In this document: positions 63,206-64,000 of the stretch, piece after piece | Layout of the letters: the number at the start of each line of letters is the position of its first letter | How positions within the stretch are numbered: position 1 is the stretch's first letter | NCBI GenBank assembly: GCA_964016885.1 | Contig: OZ024740.1 | Location: 12,834,001-12,898,000 of the forward strand | Length of the DNA: 64,000 nt | Direction: 5' to 3' | DNA from: Eledone cirrhosa | Taxonomy: Eukaryota | Made by a program: the position numbers and the translations under genes | The notes under the pieces: model-generated | Databases searched by the model: none | The model's input: only the letters and a program-made list of their open reading frames with translations | Told to the model about the DNA's origin: nothing

Positions 63206-64000
63206 CTAATGTCTCTAGTCTAATGTCTTGTCTCTAGTCTAATGTCTTGTCCCTAGTCTAAAGTCTCTAGTGTAATGTCTTGTCTTTAATCTAATGTCTT
63301 GTCTCTAGTTTAATGTCTTGTCTCTAGTCTAATGTCTCTAGTCTAATGACTTGTCTCTAGTCCAATGTCTTGCCTCTAGTCTAATGTCTTGTCCCTAGTC
63401 TAATGTCTTGTCTCTAGTCTAATGTACTGTCTCAAGTCTAATGTACTGTCTCTAGTCTAATGTCTTGTCTCTAGTCTAATGTCTCTAGTCTAATGTCTCT
63501 AGTCTCATGTCTTGTCTCTAGTCTAACGTCTTGTCTCTAGTCTAATATCTCTAGTCTAATGTCTTGTCTCTAGTTTCATGTCTTGTCTCTAGTATAATGT
63601 CTTGTCTCTAGTCTAATGTCTCTAGTTTAATGTCTTGTCTCTAGTCTAATGTCTTGTCTCTAGTCTAATGTCTTGTCTCTAGTCTAACGTCTTGAATCTA
63701 GTCTAATGTCTTGTCTCTAGTGTAATGTCTCTAGTCTAATGTCTTGTCTCTAGTCTAATGTCTCTAGTCTAATGTCTTGTCTCTAGTCTAATGTCTTGTC
63801 CCTAGTCTAAAGTCTCTAGTGTAATGTCTTGTCTTTAATCTAATGTCTTGTCTCTAGTTTAATGTCTTGTCTCTAGTCTAATGTCTCTAGTCTAATGACT
63901 TGTCTCTAGTCCAATGTCTTGCCTCTAGTCTAATGTCGTGTCTCTAGTCTAATGTCTTGACTCTAGCCTAATGTCTTGTCTCTAGACTAATGTCTCTAGT

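Larger units (their letters stand above)
52110..63480 (+). repeat. ~5.6-6.0-kb tandem duplication making up the right-hand domain
   Basis: Markers Cgcctaat 52211/58140 (offset 5929) and 55346/61294 (5948); Gtggct 53083/59012 (5929), 54479/60446 (5967) and 56284/61943 (5659); Gaatct 56715/62270 (5555). Confidence 0.87.
1..64000 (+). repeat. Tandem satellite array of interleaved 19-bp (TAGTCTAATGTCTTGTCTC) and 14-bp (TAGTCTAATGTCTC) monomers, head-to-tail, one orientation, truncated by both window edges
   Basis: Every line parses into these two monomers or into substitution/short-indel variants of them. No unique sequence or strand switch was seen. L composition is 9T/3A/3G/4C. Confidence 0.99.

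Noticed and set aside
1-64000. Protein-coding repeat ORF on either strand
   Set aside because: Each monomer has TAG and TAA in different frames on the + strand and two TAG in different frames on the - strand. With 14/19-bp periods, all six frames close within a few monomers.
1-64000. Giant ORF under a TAG/TAA-reassigned genetic code (the consensus has no TGA, and the minus strand has only TAG stops)
   Set aside because: Monomer lengths and indels (5, 7, 1, 2 bp) ignore triplet phase, common variants introduce TGA/TAA, and there is no codon-position bias or unique flanking domain.
1-64000. CRISPR or CRISPR-like array
   Set aside because: Repeats abut directly with no unique spacers, leader or cas genes. 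The variable part is only the presence or absence of a 5-mer and point variants.
1-64000. Telomerase-synthesised variable telomeric repeat (L/S as template stuttering)
   Set aside because: There is no G-rich strand, and the kb-scale faithful copying of the L/S order and of point variants indicates DNA-templated duplication rather than de novo addition. A subtelomeric location cannot be excluded.
1-64000. Embedded transposon, RNA gene, inversion or unique island
   Set aside because: Reading through all lines I found no stretch departing from the monomer pattern by more than a few bases and no reverse-orientation (GAGACAAGACATTAGACTA) segment.
1-64000. Synthetic construct or pure sequencing noise
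   Set aside because: Rare variants recur in fixed order at consistent offsets with nested levels of divergence. This fits natural satellite evolution rather than random error or a designed concatemer, though individual near-perfect duplications still need read support.
1-64000. Assignment to a specific organism or to a functional centromere
   Set aside because: I do not recognise the monomer as a named family, there is no CENP-B box or flanking context, and short similarity to Drosophila AAGAC/AATAGAC satellites is insufficient.

Overview
The whole 64 kb is one uninterrupted, single-orientation, non-coding tandem satellite array that runs off both window ends. It is built from two interleaved monomers, L = TAGTCTAATGTCTTGTCTC (19 bp) and S = TAGTCTAATGTCTC (14 bp), about 36-37% GC and T-rich on the + strand. 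Rarer 9, 12, 13, 17 and 18 bp derivatives also occur. I see no CDS, RNA gene, mobile element, CRISPR array or unique sequence. The information lies in the L/S order and in point variants. These reveal a nested hierarchy of higher-order repeats (104, 175, 299 and 514 bp spacings; about 2.3-2.6, 3.9 and 5.6-6.0 kb tandem duplications; 4.5 and 15.4 kb offset copies). They also reveal three variant-defined sub-domains (about 1-38.7, 38.7-52.1 and 52.1-64 kb) and an old ~0.3 kb variant cassette shared across domains. The architecture is typical of eukaryotic heterochromatic satellite DNA (inference). Organism and function cannot be determined from this window, and I found no evidence of a new gene-based system. 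Offsets were counted by hand from rare marker variants, and block edges are approximate.
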